Below are positions 51,601 to 64,000 of a DNA stretch of 64,000 bases, piece by piece. Position 1 is the first letter of the stretch; every line of letters starts with the position of its first letter. Source of the stretch: Gnetum montanum (lineage: Eukaryota > Plantae > Gnetophyta); the NCBI GenBank assembly GCA_015680685.1, contig MNCI01000668.1:506231-570230 (forward strand). Direction: 5' to 3'. A program made the translations under genes and the position numbers. The notes below the pieces were generated by a model that saw only the letters and a program-made list of their open reading frames with translations, was not told where the DNA came from and made no database searches.

Positions 51601-53829
51601 CATACTATCCTAGTGGGACTCCTTATTAGCCTCAAAAATACTATCAACCATAGTGGTAGCATCCATAATTGTGGGGGAGTCCATCATCAAACCAGTGCTA
51701 CCCTTATTACTAGTCAAAATCATATAGATATTATGTTCGACAACCTATTTCCCAAACTAGTTCTATGTCCTCTACTTCAGATCGCTACTACTACTCTCCT
51801 AAGTATCATCAACATTAACATCTCCTGAAGGATCACCACCTTACATCTCTTACCCTCCATCATATACTTAATATTCTCATACCTCATTCTATCACATGTC
51901 ATAGCCAACAACACAAGAAGGTTCAGCATCATAACATCCACAAGAAAATGCCACTTGTGTTGCAAACATACATGGACATGATAATGCCAATAGGTTCCCA
52001 CCGCAATCTTAGAAATGTCCTTTCTTTAGGATGCTTCCCACACATAAGTGCAACACTTGTGGACCTACTAACTCATCCAAACTTGCATAATGCCAATCAA
52101 GTGCAACATCCTTCCTTTCACAACTAATGTCCTCCGATCCTACGCAAATGCCATCATCCATCGTTACTCCAACACCTAAAAAAAGTAATGAATCTAGCAT
52201 TGTCAAGACACAAATGAATCCACACATAACTAATTATGATAAATGGTGCAGTCATGGACCAAACATATACAAAGTTCACATAACTCATACTTTGACTCAC
52301 CATGCAGTTAACAACCAAGTGTGTGAGCAACAACCCATCTACACAATCACAACAAAACCAAAAGATATCCAATGGCTTGAAAATGAAAGTGTAACACTAT
52401 TTCAAAAATGTATGAAGCCTGCCTATCCACTTATTAATTCTTGTTATGGTCAAATGCTTAGTCGTGGGGAAAATGCCCCATCCAAACATTCAAAATTAAT
52501 AGGTGTTTTTCATCTTCTTCTTTTTTACAATTTTTTATCATTTTCTCATTTTTTGATACAAATTTTTCCTATCCTTTTCAACTTTTTCCACATCTTTTTC
52601 ATTCCCTTTGTCAATAATCACGTTTTTGAATAAAACAACATCATGTAGTCCATTGAGGTGAGGTTTTCTCTATGTTGTCAAGTTATGAGGGACTGATTAT
52701 TTGGATAGTAAGGCCATGTCATCCATCCATTCATATCATTCCATTAATAAGAGGTTCTTACCATGGTCATAATGATATTATTTTTCATCATCAAACTAAG
52801 AATTAATTTGTAATCATTATGCTTGGATAGAAAAGTGAAGAACCAAGTGGGAATGTAAAGGGTATGACATCAAGGGGATTTGTGGATCTCTTTGACCACT
52901 TCTGTATGTTCTATCATGTTACCAAGGTTGTAATTATATCCTTGTAGATCTAACAAAAAATCAAAGTAAGAGTAAAATAAGTGCTACCTTGCCATGTCAC
53001 TAGAAATACACGTTACCCATGCTTGAAGGTTGGCGGCTTCTCAGAAAACAAAAAAAAAAGAAGAGAAAAGAGAAAGTGCCATGAATAAACTCCTCCCTTG
53101 GACAAAATGCCAAGTGATGCTACTCCTTGCAATGGTGATAGTCTTATGTTTGTTAATCAAAGAGATAAAACAATGTGATGTCACTAGAACATGGTGTGGA
53201 CTTCATTTGAATCTTGAAAAGAAGGGCTAATGATTATCTTAACTGTTAATAACACACAAGGATTCATTATACCTCTAGTAAGGCACCTCACATCCCAATT
53301 TCAACAATCCTTTCTAAAATCCATCTCATCTCACTATCCGTATGATCATAACTTGTGGTTTTGTGTAACATAGAGTTATTTTCTCAAATTGGTGGTTTTA
53401 ACATGTTTGTTTTGTTCAATAGGTATGCATTGCATTCAACTCATTTGGTGCCTACAGAAATTTTTAGGTGTGGTTATACAAGTACATTAAGGGTTGGAGC
53501 CTGCATTGGGGAGGATCCACTTGTATAACTATTGTAACTTGTACTTGTCTGACATAACCACATCATCTTAAACCTTCCAACTACATAAATGTTAAACTCA
53601 AAACCTCCCCTTTTCATATAACCTATCCATTCTACAACATGAATCCAATATCCTTTTTCTTACATCTTTCAAAGCTTATAATGCCTGTGATTCCATCTTC
53701 TAATACTACCAGTGCCTAAATATGAATGTCCGCTTACACCAAAACTTTGGATTTTACATGAAACCTTTCAACCAATGATAGAGCTTCATTTTCCATGTTG
53801 AATGTCCTCATAAAATGAAATTTCAAGAC

Positions 53830-53890
53830 CCCCGATATCAACTACCCAATATTGGGTGGTAGTCGATATCAGATACTAGATATCGGGTCC
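53830..53890. repeat. CCGATATCGG-type palindrome array upstream of ORF2 in element D
   Basis: CCCGATATCA, CCAATATTGG, TCGATATCAG, AGATATCGGG. The same motif type occurs in this element's LTRs (49018-49090, 57398-57482). Confidence 0.7.
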
Positions 53891-54439
53891 ATAAAAATCT
53901 ATAGATAGGACCCCCACGATGCTTAAAAAATTCATTATCATTAATTAAAGCTAGGGGAGTCTTTGAATTTTTATCTCTCAACTAAGAGCTCTACACAACA
54001 AACTTCCACATGCGATATCTTGCTCCATACCACTCCAATTCTTATGTTTTTCTTAACCTATTTGATCCCAAAGTGTTCAATTTAGTTGAGGGAGGGTGAT
54101 TGTATGGAAAACTTATTTCAAGTTTATGAAATTTTCTATCACCCAGAAGGTATTATAAGGGTAAGAATGTTAAAAACCTTAAGTATCTTAATGAACAATC
54201 AATCATATGTACACCAAAAATTTTAATTATCTTGCCCAAGGAATCATAATCGTCATTATAAACCATGCATAAGGAAAAAGAAGCCAATTGCAAAGGGTCA
54301 TAACAGAAATTAACACTTTTTTGACATTTTTCTAACTCTACAATCACATGAGCTAAGAACTTAATAGAACCAAAGTCATGAGTAAGGTATAGACCTATTA
54401 ATGATAAATAACAATACCTTAGTAATACCAAATCTTTGA

Positions 54440-57170
54440 TTGATTATAGATTACTCCACAAAGAGGAGGATAAGAAGGACCTTCGCAAGGTGCAAGCAAA
54501 CACCCAAGGGGTGGAAAAGGCCAACTAGGAGAATAAGACCCACTAGCCGAGCATCAAGAATAGGAGGCCTAGTCATTTAGCATTCATCAAGAGGCTCCTA
54601 CTATAGGGTAGTTGGTCCAAGGGGAGGCTGCAAAACCATAGGCTTCAATGCAAGGACAATGCCTCACGTTGTCCGAAGAATGCCTCCAAGCCATCCAGGA
54701 GTGATCCATGTTAATCACGATCATCTTGAAAATGAACTTTGAGCCATTCATCACATTTGTCCCTAAGGTAGTCATTACTTAGCTTCAAGCATCACTTTTA
54801 TGGCATATCCTCTCTAAAAGTGGGGAATGGTACCTTCGTGAGACATACCAATGTGGCATAATAAAAAAGAAGGCACCACTATCAACATTGGTAGAGTCTC
54901 TATCTCTTTTTCAATCAAGGCTATTATAGAGGCTCTAAAAATACCCAATGTGGGGGCTACAGTAGTGCATCTATCCATAAGGTCTGATGCCAAAACTAAG
55001 AACTATGGCTAAAGTAGCCATCCAATAAATAAAACAAAGTATATAATGAGTTAACTCTAGAAGAGAGGATTTACTTCAAAATCGACATATACCACCTCTT
55101 CCCAACTAAAGGGCTCAATAGAATATCAACTTATGCATCCATAAGAAGTGCAATGTTCATGGGCAAATACACTGTCAATCATGCATAGTTGTACTTCATG
55201 GAAATTCAAAGATAGTTCAAGGAAAGGAAGGTGGGGAATTTGACACTTCCATTTCCTTACCTAATTTTAAAACTATGCAAGCATGCTAGAATCCTGGGTC
55301 ACATCAATGACATTCCTAGGAGGGCTCATAATGCTTTTTCTCTAAGTTACTCAAGCTATCAGCATAAAGCAAAGACCTTGGTAATGAACAAGAATAAGAA
55401 CCGAAGAAGAAGCTAGAACAAAAACTAGAAAAGGAGCTCTAGCAAGAACTAGTGCAACAACAAGATCCATAAGATCCACTATGATTGTCATAAGACTATA
55501 TGCCTATAATGAGATATCTACAAAGAATAGCTCAAATTCTTAGTTGGGGAAGTAGGGATGAATCAAACCTCTTCCAAGTCATCAATGACACTATGCAACC
55601 TATAGGTTCTGCTAATCCATTAAGGGGGTAGATTTCTTTGCAATTAAGAGGAGAAGCCCAGTGATCATAGAAGATCTCTAGAAATGATGAATATTTTCAA
55701 GTGGTACTTGAAATGTGCCATAGTTTTGGTCATGCAGCACCAAGATGTGGCAAGGTAGTAGAATTTATCACAACCCACATTAAAGAATCCTTTAATGTGC
55801 TCATTATGTCCCTAGTAGACTTGACCAAAACTAGAGATGCACAAACATTCCCTGGGACTTCAATGACTTCTATAGTCCATGAGGATGTACTTAATAGAAT
55901 GATACAAACTAGACAAGTTATGACAACTATGTTTGACATCCCTAATGATGTCACTGTAGTGCAATCTAACCTCATTACCACAAAAAATTGTTCATCGTAG
56001 AGACCAAGGTAGAGCATGCAAAAGCAGAAGTGCATAGATTACAACAAGAGCCCATCACCCTAAGAGCTAAAAGAAGGTATACTTCTCAATTTGTTGCACC
56101 TGACCAATTGAAACAATTTTGAATAGAGAAGTTTGGTTGATTGATTAAACAAAACAAAGTTGCTAAGAAAGGAAAGAGTAGTCTAGAATGCCTCAGCCAC
56201 TAAAGCACAAGCATATGCCAATGCAAACACATTAATCACTACACAAGAGGAAAATAAGAAGCTTGTTGCTGATAATGCTAGGTTGACCACTATCAAGAAA
56301 TAGAAAAACATGTTGGAAGAAATTATCCACCAGTTGAAAGAGAAACTAGTGAGGATTAACCAAGATATAAGTAGATTGACCAAAGAAAATCAAACCCTCT
56401 TAATAAAGGAAATTCATGCAATATGCCAAAAATCTGTAATTGAGATAAGCGCATGGCAAAACGAGGCCATCAAGCATGAGAAGCTAAAAAAGAACTTCCA
56501 ATACTAGATTGGCATGTATAAATAGATTAATAAAAAAGTAATCCAAATGGTAAAGGCCACCATTAGTTCCATGTTAGCATAGAATCTTGAGTGGTAACTA
56601 TGCCCTAGTCCACCAAGTAGAAGTGAAGAATAAGGACCTATAGATTGAAGATTTGAAAGAGTACATGGCATTGGCTAACCTTTTCTATGCTAACATTGCC
56701 ATGTTAATAGCAAGTTGGCTCAGAAATGAGTTGGAACAACAAGTAGCAGGCACTTATTCCTTGTATGAAAAAGAGTTTGCAGATAAGAAAAATGCTCTAC
56801 AAAAACTCCATGTGGCAAACTAAAAATTAGAAGTAATTAAGGCTCACTACCACAGGCAAAGAGATGTATCCTTAGACTTGGTCAAAATATTAATAGATTA
56901 TCATATACTAAAAGAAGAGCTAGAGCTTTCGAGGAGAAACAATGGCAGTTCGTAGCATGATACATGAAAGGAAATCAAATTTTCTCATAGTTGTTGTCTG
57001 TGGGATGTACTAATTCCAACACACATTGGCTCATTAGCCTAGATGGTACATGATCCAAGAATAGAGGAGGAGAAGTTATAGCCGCTCCTAAATCACTATA
57101 AATTCCATAAGTTTGACGATAAAGGAAAGCAGCCCATGAAAGAGCTACCACCTCCAGGAACTACATGAGC
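54440..57170 (+). pseudogene. Athila D accessory ORF2 (Transposase_32-like domain + coiled coil)
   Basis: GNLTLPFPYLILKLCKHARI (55231-55290). Coiled coil LEEIIHQLKEKLVRINQDISRLTKENQTL (56310-56507). Confidence 0.7.
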
Positions 57171-59299
57171 TTCCCTCAATTTTTTTGTTTTGATGTTTTT
57201 TCATGATGTGTTTATTTTTTTTTCTTGTAAAACATCACTGTGACATGAAAGAGTCAATTTGTATGTTTATTTGAGTCAGTCAATAAGCCCATACCTTCCC
57301 AATATTTTGTAAAGAACTTGTTCCTCATCCTATTTAACTTGAGGACAAGTTTTCATTTAGTCATGGGGGGGTATGATGAGTCATGTTTTGCAAGGCCCTA
57401 ATATCATGTATCCAATATTAGAGCCACGATGTTAGGTATCCAATATTAGGGCACAACCACTAATGTTAGGGATCTGATATCACACCTTCCATGCTAGCGT
57501 ATACATACAACACTTGGGTGCACAGTTGCGATATAAATAGATTCATAAATTTTGATTGATTTCAAGTTTTGTTAGTTTCTAGTGCATGCTCGTAGTGTGA
57601 TGTTAAGTGATTGTATGACATCCTTATTTGAGTGTGACATACTTGGACACGTTACATGTTTGGCAATAAAGATCAAGATTACTCCCATCATTGCAGCATC
57701 CACTTATCTTTATTATTATTATTAATTACTTAAATGCTTACTTTTTCCTTATTTAATGTTGTCATTCATTGCTTTTTATTATTCCGATCATTAAGAAGAG
57801 TGAGTACTACTAATTGCAAGCACTTAAGTGTAACTAATTGGTAACCTAGTAATGTATCATTTGGTCTACCCAATAATGGTATCCTTGGTAATCCTAGCAA
57901 TAGTTACATGAAGTCCAAGGCATGTACGAAAGGTTAGGAATGGATACTAATCACACATAGGCTAGTTAGACTTTACTTTCCATTATTAATTAGATTAAAC
58001 AATTAATTTCTCTATTATCATTAGGAGTAGCTTAGGATCGAACAACATCAAGAATCAAATGCCTCACTCTAGACTAAACCATACATGACAAAGAAACTAC
58101 TAGTCCAAGTGGGAAGATAGCGAATTGTGATCAAGGCATAATGATCTAGATGCATAACTAGTCCCATCCATAGAATTTGACTAGATCATGTGTGAACACT
58201 TCTGATTCATATTTTTGGATGTAGGGGTACTTTACCACTCATCAAAGATGCAGATGAAGAGAAAGTAAAATCTAGCTATGGGAGTGTAGAAAATCATCAT
58301 CTAAGGATTCCAATGAAAGGAAATCCTATTCCTCATATGAGAACTCCAAGGGCTCTAATGGTGTTCAATGCTACGTCTTCAAGCAAGCTTGATGAGAAAG
58401 ATAAGGCAAGGCATGCTAGAGTATTCCAAAATGCTTCAAGACTTCCATACAGGAAGTTGAATACTTTTAACAATGTATATGATACCAATGCTTTTGCAAC
58501 TTAGCTAAAGGCACTTAAGAAGAATTTTCATTTGGGAATACCAAATAACTTAAGGGTACCTATTGCTAAATCCATATCAGAAGGTATGGTTTCTAATTGG
58601 TGGAAAAAGAAGTCCCAAGATTATAAAAGATGAAATACAAGTTGAACAAAAAATTTGAATAGTCTCATTAAAGATAAAAAATCATTATGAAGTTCAAATT
58701 TCTAAGATAAGGTGATAAGGATGTCAAAGAATTCTACATCAAATTTTGTAATCTATTCCATTAAGATAAGGTTAATTGGGAGGATTATGAACAAGCTTTA
58801 ATCTTTTTAGGATATCTCAAAATGGTGTATGAACAAGAGTTATCATTTTATGAGCCAGAAAATCTTGATGAGGCTTATGATTTGGCACTCAAACCTGAGA
58901 AGAAATAAGGAGGATTTGAAAATAGAAGTAAACAAGCTTCTAAGGGGAAGGAGAATGGATCTAGATCTAATATGGGGTCCAAGTCCAAATCTAAAGACAA
59001 GCATGGTATCCAAGACAAGAAGACTAAAAGAAGTGATGGGAAGGGAAAAGCTAAGAAGGACCAAGGCAAGAAAGGCAAAGGTTAAGGAAATAGCTCATTA
59101 AAATGTAGAGCTTCAAATGTAGAGAATGAGGAAATAAGCAATAGGAATGTTCACTTTACAAGGTAGCCAAGGGAGAAGATGTACAAACCATGGAGGTGAA
59201 GAAGAAATCAATCCAAGCTCTTCAAATAGGTAATCCTAATGCTCTAAAACTTGAGGATGTTTTTGAATTAAATTATTGTGCATTTATGGGGAATATAAA

Positions 59300-61480
59300 T
59301 AGAGGATATCATCCTAATAGGAAATTATTATTTATGATTAGGGCTAGTTGGATGCTTACTAGGAAATGGATTCATATTTTGATTAACGAGGAAGCCTAAG
59401 AAAATGTTATTCTTCCAAGGTAGCTACTAGATTAGGTTTGGTAACTAATCCTCATCCAAGACCCTATATGATGCATTGGTTGTATAGAGATTTTTCCCAA
59501 GAGGTGAGGGAATAATGTACCTTGAAATTAAAAATTATAAGTTTTCATGATGTTGTGAAGTATGTTGTGCTTCCAATATATTGTGCTAACGTAATTCTTA
59601 GTACACCTTGGAATTTTGACAATGGTGCTTAGTTTGATGAAATAAGAAATGTGTGGAATGTTGCTAGACCTAATGGAATCCATGATTTAATTCCTATGAT
59701 AGCTAAATAAGTGAGGTAGCAAAGCTTACTTAATGCTTCCGTAATCCTTCTAGGAAAGATATAATATATTAAGGAACATGATAAAACTATTTTTGGTCTT
59801 TTTGTTGTGAAAACAATTGCTACTAACCATGATGATGTGCAGGTTGAAATTTCTACAAGTATGCTAGGCTTAAAGGAAATATTTTCCAAGGTGTTCAAGG
59901 AGGAATTAGATGGACTACCACTAATGAGGAATGTCCAACATCAAATTGACTTCATTCCTCGTGCTACCATTCCAAATCAGAAAGCTTACTGAATGGCATC
60001 CAATCAAAGGGTTAAATTACAAAGGCAAGTAGAGGGATTACTTGCAAATGGCTTTTTGATGGAATTCATTTTAGCTAGTGCAATTTCAACAATGCTAGTT
60101 CCAAAGAAGGATAACAATGAATGGATGATATGCCTTGATTCTAGAATAGTAAATAGGATAACATTGAGGTAAAGGTTTCCTATTCCAAGGATGGATGATA
60201 TCCTTGATTTTCTGACCAGTGCAGAGATTTTTAGCAAAATTGATTTAAATAATGATAAATATCAAATTAGAATTAGGCCTAGTGATGAGTGAAAAATATC
60301 TTTCAAAACACTGAATAGATTTTTTGAGCGGTTGGTGATGCCATTTGGGCTTACAAATGCACCTACGACATTCATGAGGTTAATGCATGATGTATTAAAG
60401 GACTTGATTGGTAAGTGTTGTACTACCATTTTTGATAATATTTTGGTGTATAGCTCTCATGAGGAAGAGTACTTGGATCACTTGAGGATGCTATGTCTTA
60501 AGTGGGAGGAGGCACACTTGGTAATCAATATGAAGAAAAGAGGAAAATCATATATTTGAGTCATGTGGTTTCTAAAAATCATATTCGGATGAAAGCTACC
60601 AAGGTAAAGGCTATTAGGAATTGTCTAACACCTAAGAATGTTGGGAAGGTAAGATCATTCCTAAGTTTAGTGGGTTTTTATAGATAGTTCATCAAAAATT
60701 TTAGTAGTATTTCATGGCCTATGTTTTCTTTGGTAAAGAAAAATAAGGAATTTAGATGGGATAATGAAACCCAACGAAGCTTTGACTTATTTAAAGAAAA
60801 GAGCACCAATGAATCGATGCTTGCAATTCTAGATTTTCAAAAGCATGTTTAGGTAGAGGTGGATGCAAGTGTACTTATCATTGATGAGGTACATTCATAA
60901 GAAGGTAGCCCTATTGCTTTCTTTTCTGAAAAGTTGAATAAGTCAAGAGAAAATATAGCATATATGAGAAGGAATTGTATGCTATTCTTCAAGTAGTCAG
61001 TCATTGCAGACATTACTTATTACCCAAGGAATTCACCTTGATGAAAAACCACAAAGCACTTTAATTTCTAAACTCACAAAAGAAGTTGACTGCAAAGCCC
61101 ACGAAGTGAGCTACATAGTTACAAGAGTTCCATTTTTTGTTGAAGCACAAAAGTGGAAAAGCCAATGTGATGACTAATGCATTATCCAAGATGCATATGG
61201 TAAATTTCAGCATACCTCATGTGAAAGGTATGGGTGATTTTGCTTCTTTGTATGAGCATGATGTTGATTTTGGTTAGGTTTGGAAGAGCTTCAAAGAGCC
61301 ATTGATGAATAGGATAGACCAATGGATGGAATATCATATTCATGATAAAATATTATTTAAGAATGAAAATATATGTGTTCTAATTATGATTAGGTAAAAG
61401 ATTTTATTTGAAAAGCATTGTAGTACTATGACAAGTTACATGGGTAGAGACAAAACATTGGAACTTGTTGGCTTGGTATG
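59300..61480 (+). pseudogene. pol: CRM-type pol remnant (PR, RT, RNase H, start of integrase)
   Basis: GLPLMRNVQHQIDFIPRATIPN, FPIPRMDDILD, FSKIDL, LVMPFGLTNAPTTFMRLMHDVLKDLIG, VRSFLSLVGFYR, EVDAS, YEKELYA. Confidence 0.92.
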
Positions 61481-61503
61481 GCAAAAAAAAATTTAAAATT
61501 TAA

Positions 61504-64000
61504 TAATGAATCATCTTTTGATTAGCTCCAATATTGGAGCCTCGATACCAAATACCTGATATCAACGCCCAAGATGCAATGTCGAATATTTGATATCGCG
61601 AAATATATGCCAGCTTATAAATATAGTGCTCAGGCTTACAATTTTCATATAGTTTTTCATCAATTTTTGTCATAGATAACAAATGTACTGTAGTTTTTCT
61701 TCCCTAGAGTTAGAATATTTTTTGACTACTCGTAGCAAGAGTCTAAGTGTGTAAGGATCTTTGTTCGAGCATTGATGTACCTAAGCACTTTTGATCATCC
61801 TTGCAACACTAAGAATAGATTAATGTTTCCTTGATGAACTTTATTTTTATGCACTTCTCTTTAATGCACTTTAATTAAGTAATTAATTTTCAATTATTAA
61901 TTAACATAAGCATGATCACCTCGAGCATACGTGTAGCACTTAGTAACCCAAAAATGCTTAATGTTTGGTAGCCCAATAGTGTTACATGTGTTCAAGATGT
62001 GTCTAGAAAGTGGGAATGGGTACTTGTGTTAGATTAGCTAGGTAGTAGATGAATTAGATCCTAAATTACTATACCTTTCATTCTTATTCTAGGTAGTTAA
62101 ACTTATAAAATGCAAAATGATAAAAATCATATACCTTAGTTGCACTTAACCATATGCTTGTACCTCACAAGTGGAACTAAGAAGACAATGATCGTTCCAA
62201 TTAGATTTCATGTCTTACAACCAATGTACTTAAGAACTTAAGGTCCATGGAATTTGACTAGATTGTGCATGAACACTTGTGATTCATATGGTTGGGTTTA
62301 GGAGTACCTCGTTACTCATCATTGGTGCCATTGTCAAGAACATTTTAGTTGTTATGTGCACTATCTAGGATTTGGTGAAAGTTATTCGAATCATTGGACC
62401 GAACCTTAAAGTCATATCACATCTTAAGATTACTACAACACTATTTAGAAGCACACTGCATTTTTTTTCTCTAACATAAAATGTCTTCTTCTCATAGGAG
62501 TGACTCTCCATTCAAGTCTGATGGAGTACATCAGCCGATGCCTCAACAATACTAAGTGGTATATGCTCATCCTAATGAGTATGTACTAAATTTTACCTTC
62601 ATCCTATACCAAGATGAATAGTTGTAGTGGTGTGACATGGAGGGCAACATTGTATTGCTACCCAATCGATCCATTCCTGCAATGCTCCAACAAATGCTTA
62701 TACAATGGGATCTCCAAGGACTTCATGCTAAGTACGTGGTGCAAGATAGTGATGCTAGGGATTATCATCCCACTGAGGCATAATGTCTAAGGGATTGACA
62801 ACTAGAATAGCTTCATGAATTTGTGAAGGAAAAAGGATTTAATGATTCCCCATTTTTGCTATATCAAAAAGATGGTGGAGAATCCTTCTCTGGTTGTTTT
62901 TCATTTAGTGAAATTCCACTCTTTGACTTCGGTAAAGGAAGTCAAAACCAAAACTTTTAGTCCATAATTCACAATCCTGATTTTGGTAAGAATAGATCCA
63001 ATGACAAAGAAGGATCCAAAGAGGCAAGTCAGGGTAGGAATGTGAACAAGAAACAAGATCATGATCATGGTAATGATCATCGAAGAGGTGGTAGTAGACA
63101 CCATGATGGTGCTATTCCTCCTTCCTCTTCGCCTTCATCATCATCCTCTTCCTCTTCTAGCTCTCATCGTAACCATAGGGGGCACAACCATGATGGAGGT
63201 GACCGATGGGACCAAAATGATCAACAGGATCGTTAAGTAAGGCAAGACCAAGGGCACGAGCATTCAAGAAAGATATGGTGCCATGAATGAAGGGGTAGTG
63301 GAGGGCATCAAAGGCACCAAAATCAAGGCCTTGATAAGCCTTTGCTTTCTACCTAAAGTATGCTAAACATCGTAGAGGTGATACAAATTCCAACAAGGCA
63401 TGTGAAGGATAGTCAGATCAAGAGGCTAGATATGAATAATATCCCTAGGTTTGAGGGGAGATATAACTCAAGTTTGCATAATCATCTCTAAGCTTTTCAA
63501 GATGCATGTTCTTTCAAAATATAGAGAATGAGTGGCAAAAACTTAAGTTGTTCCTAAGGATACTCATTAAAGAAGTAGAAAACTAGTACTGGTCCTTAGA
63601 ACCAAAATCTATCAACCAATGGAGTACAATGCATGAACTGTTCAATGATAAATATCAAACATACTCCAAATTATCCAACTTGAGAAGACAGATTCAAGGA
63701 TGGAAACAAGGAACACATGAACCCTTGGATGCCATCATCAGTTGATACTATTCATTAATGCACAGATGTCTTGGCCATGGTTATTCTCTATTGGATCAAC
63801 TTCACCACATTGTAGATGGGCTTAGATTTGAAATGAGGAGAACCCTTGGCATCTATGCCTAAGGGCAACCATCAGAATTAAGCATCTGTTAGCTCCAAAT
63901 ATTGATTGAGTAGGTAGCTAAAGAGGAAGCTGAATTGAGAAAATGTGAAAGTGCAGAAGAGTATAATCGTGATCCTTCCATTTGCAAGAGGGAGGCTTAA
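61504..64000 (+). mobile_element. Athila-like element E, 5' part (LTR 61504-62321, PBS, gag)
   Basis: The LTR ends GGAGTACCTCGTTACTCATCA and the PBS TGGTGCCATTGTC starts at 62323. gag ELFNDKYQTYSKLSNLRRQIQGWKQGTHEPLD lies at about 63635-63730. Confidence 0.88.

Larger units (their letters stand above)
48994..58244 (+). mobile_element. Non-autonomous Athila-like element D (gag + ORF2, no pol)
   Basis: LTRs at 48994-49851 and 57374-58244. TSD GAGAT/AAGAT. Decayed Asp-type PBS at 49852-49870 and PPT TTGAGGACAAG...GGGGGGG at 57339-57371. gag (49977-~52450) runs directly into the post-pol spacer. Confidence 0.9.
35136..61500 (+). mobile_element. CRM-like chromovirus element, interrupted by three Athila-like insertions
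   Basis: 5' LTR at 35136-36010 plus 48666-48740, PBS TAGTATCAAAGC at about 48742, gag at 48795-48993 and 58245-59200, pol at 59300-61480. The 3' end is not in the window. Confidence 0.88.

Noticed and set aside
57374-57400. TGATGAG at Athila LTR ends as a hammerhead ribozyme core (retrozyme)
   Set aside because: It is the terminal inverted repeat pairing with CTCATCA. No preceding C, GAAA or stems are in hammerhead arrangement.
63042-63236. Ser/His-rich small ORFs (also 49977-50375) as host genes
   Set aside because: They are low-complexity N-terminal parts of Athila-like gag regions, lying between the PBS and the capsid motif.

Overview
Plant heterochromatin-type window: very AT-rich, strongly CpG/CHG-depleted, and with no intact host gene. 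It is almost entirely nested, decayed retrotransposons. These comprise five Athila-like Ty3/gypsy copies (1-12757, 18690-35135, 36011-48660 minus, 48994-58244, 61504-end), CRM-like chromovirus pieces (solo LTR 2883-3831, 8270-10390, 35136-61500), two SIRE-like copia copies without pol (12757-17261, 23076-29512), another decayed copia (6861-12491) and an RTE LINE 3' end. Several boundaries are supported by readable target-site duplications (TSDs). The outstanding anomaly is a 1.45 kb GC-rich, CpG-intact, 5'-truncated, poly(A)-ended insert (4675-6122) inside an Athila RT gene. Once one frameshift and one stop are repaired, it encodes a retrotransposon accessory-ORF domain (Transposase_32/env-like), a Pro linker, a coiled coil and a complete HPD J-domain. 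A second pattern is that the SIRE-like and Athila-like elements carry element-specific arrays of CpG-core palindromes both in the LTR and just upstream of their accessory ORF, and that pol-less derivatives in two superfamilies keep that ORF. Together these suggest a transposon-encoded trans-regulatory or anti-silencing system (hypothesis). All domain calls are by-eye motif recognition; no searches were run, and boundaries without a TSD are approximate.
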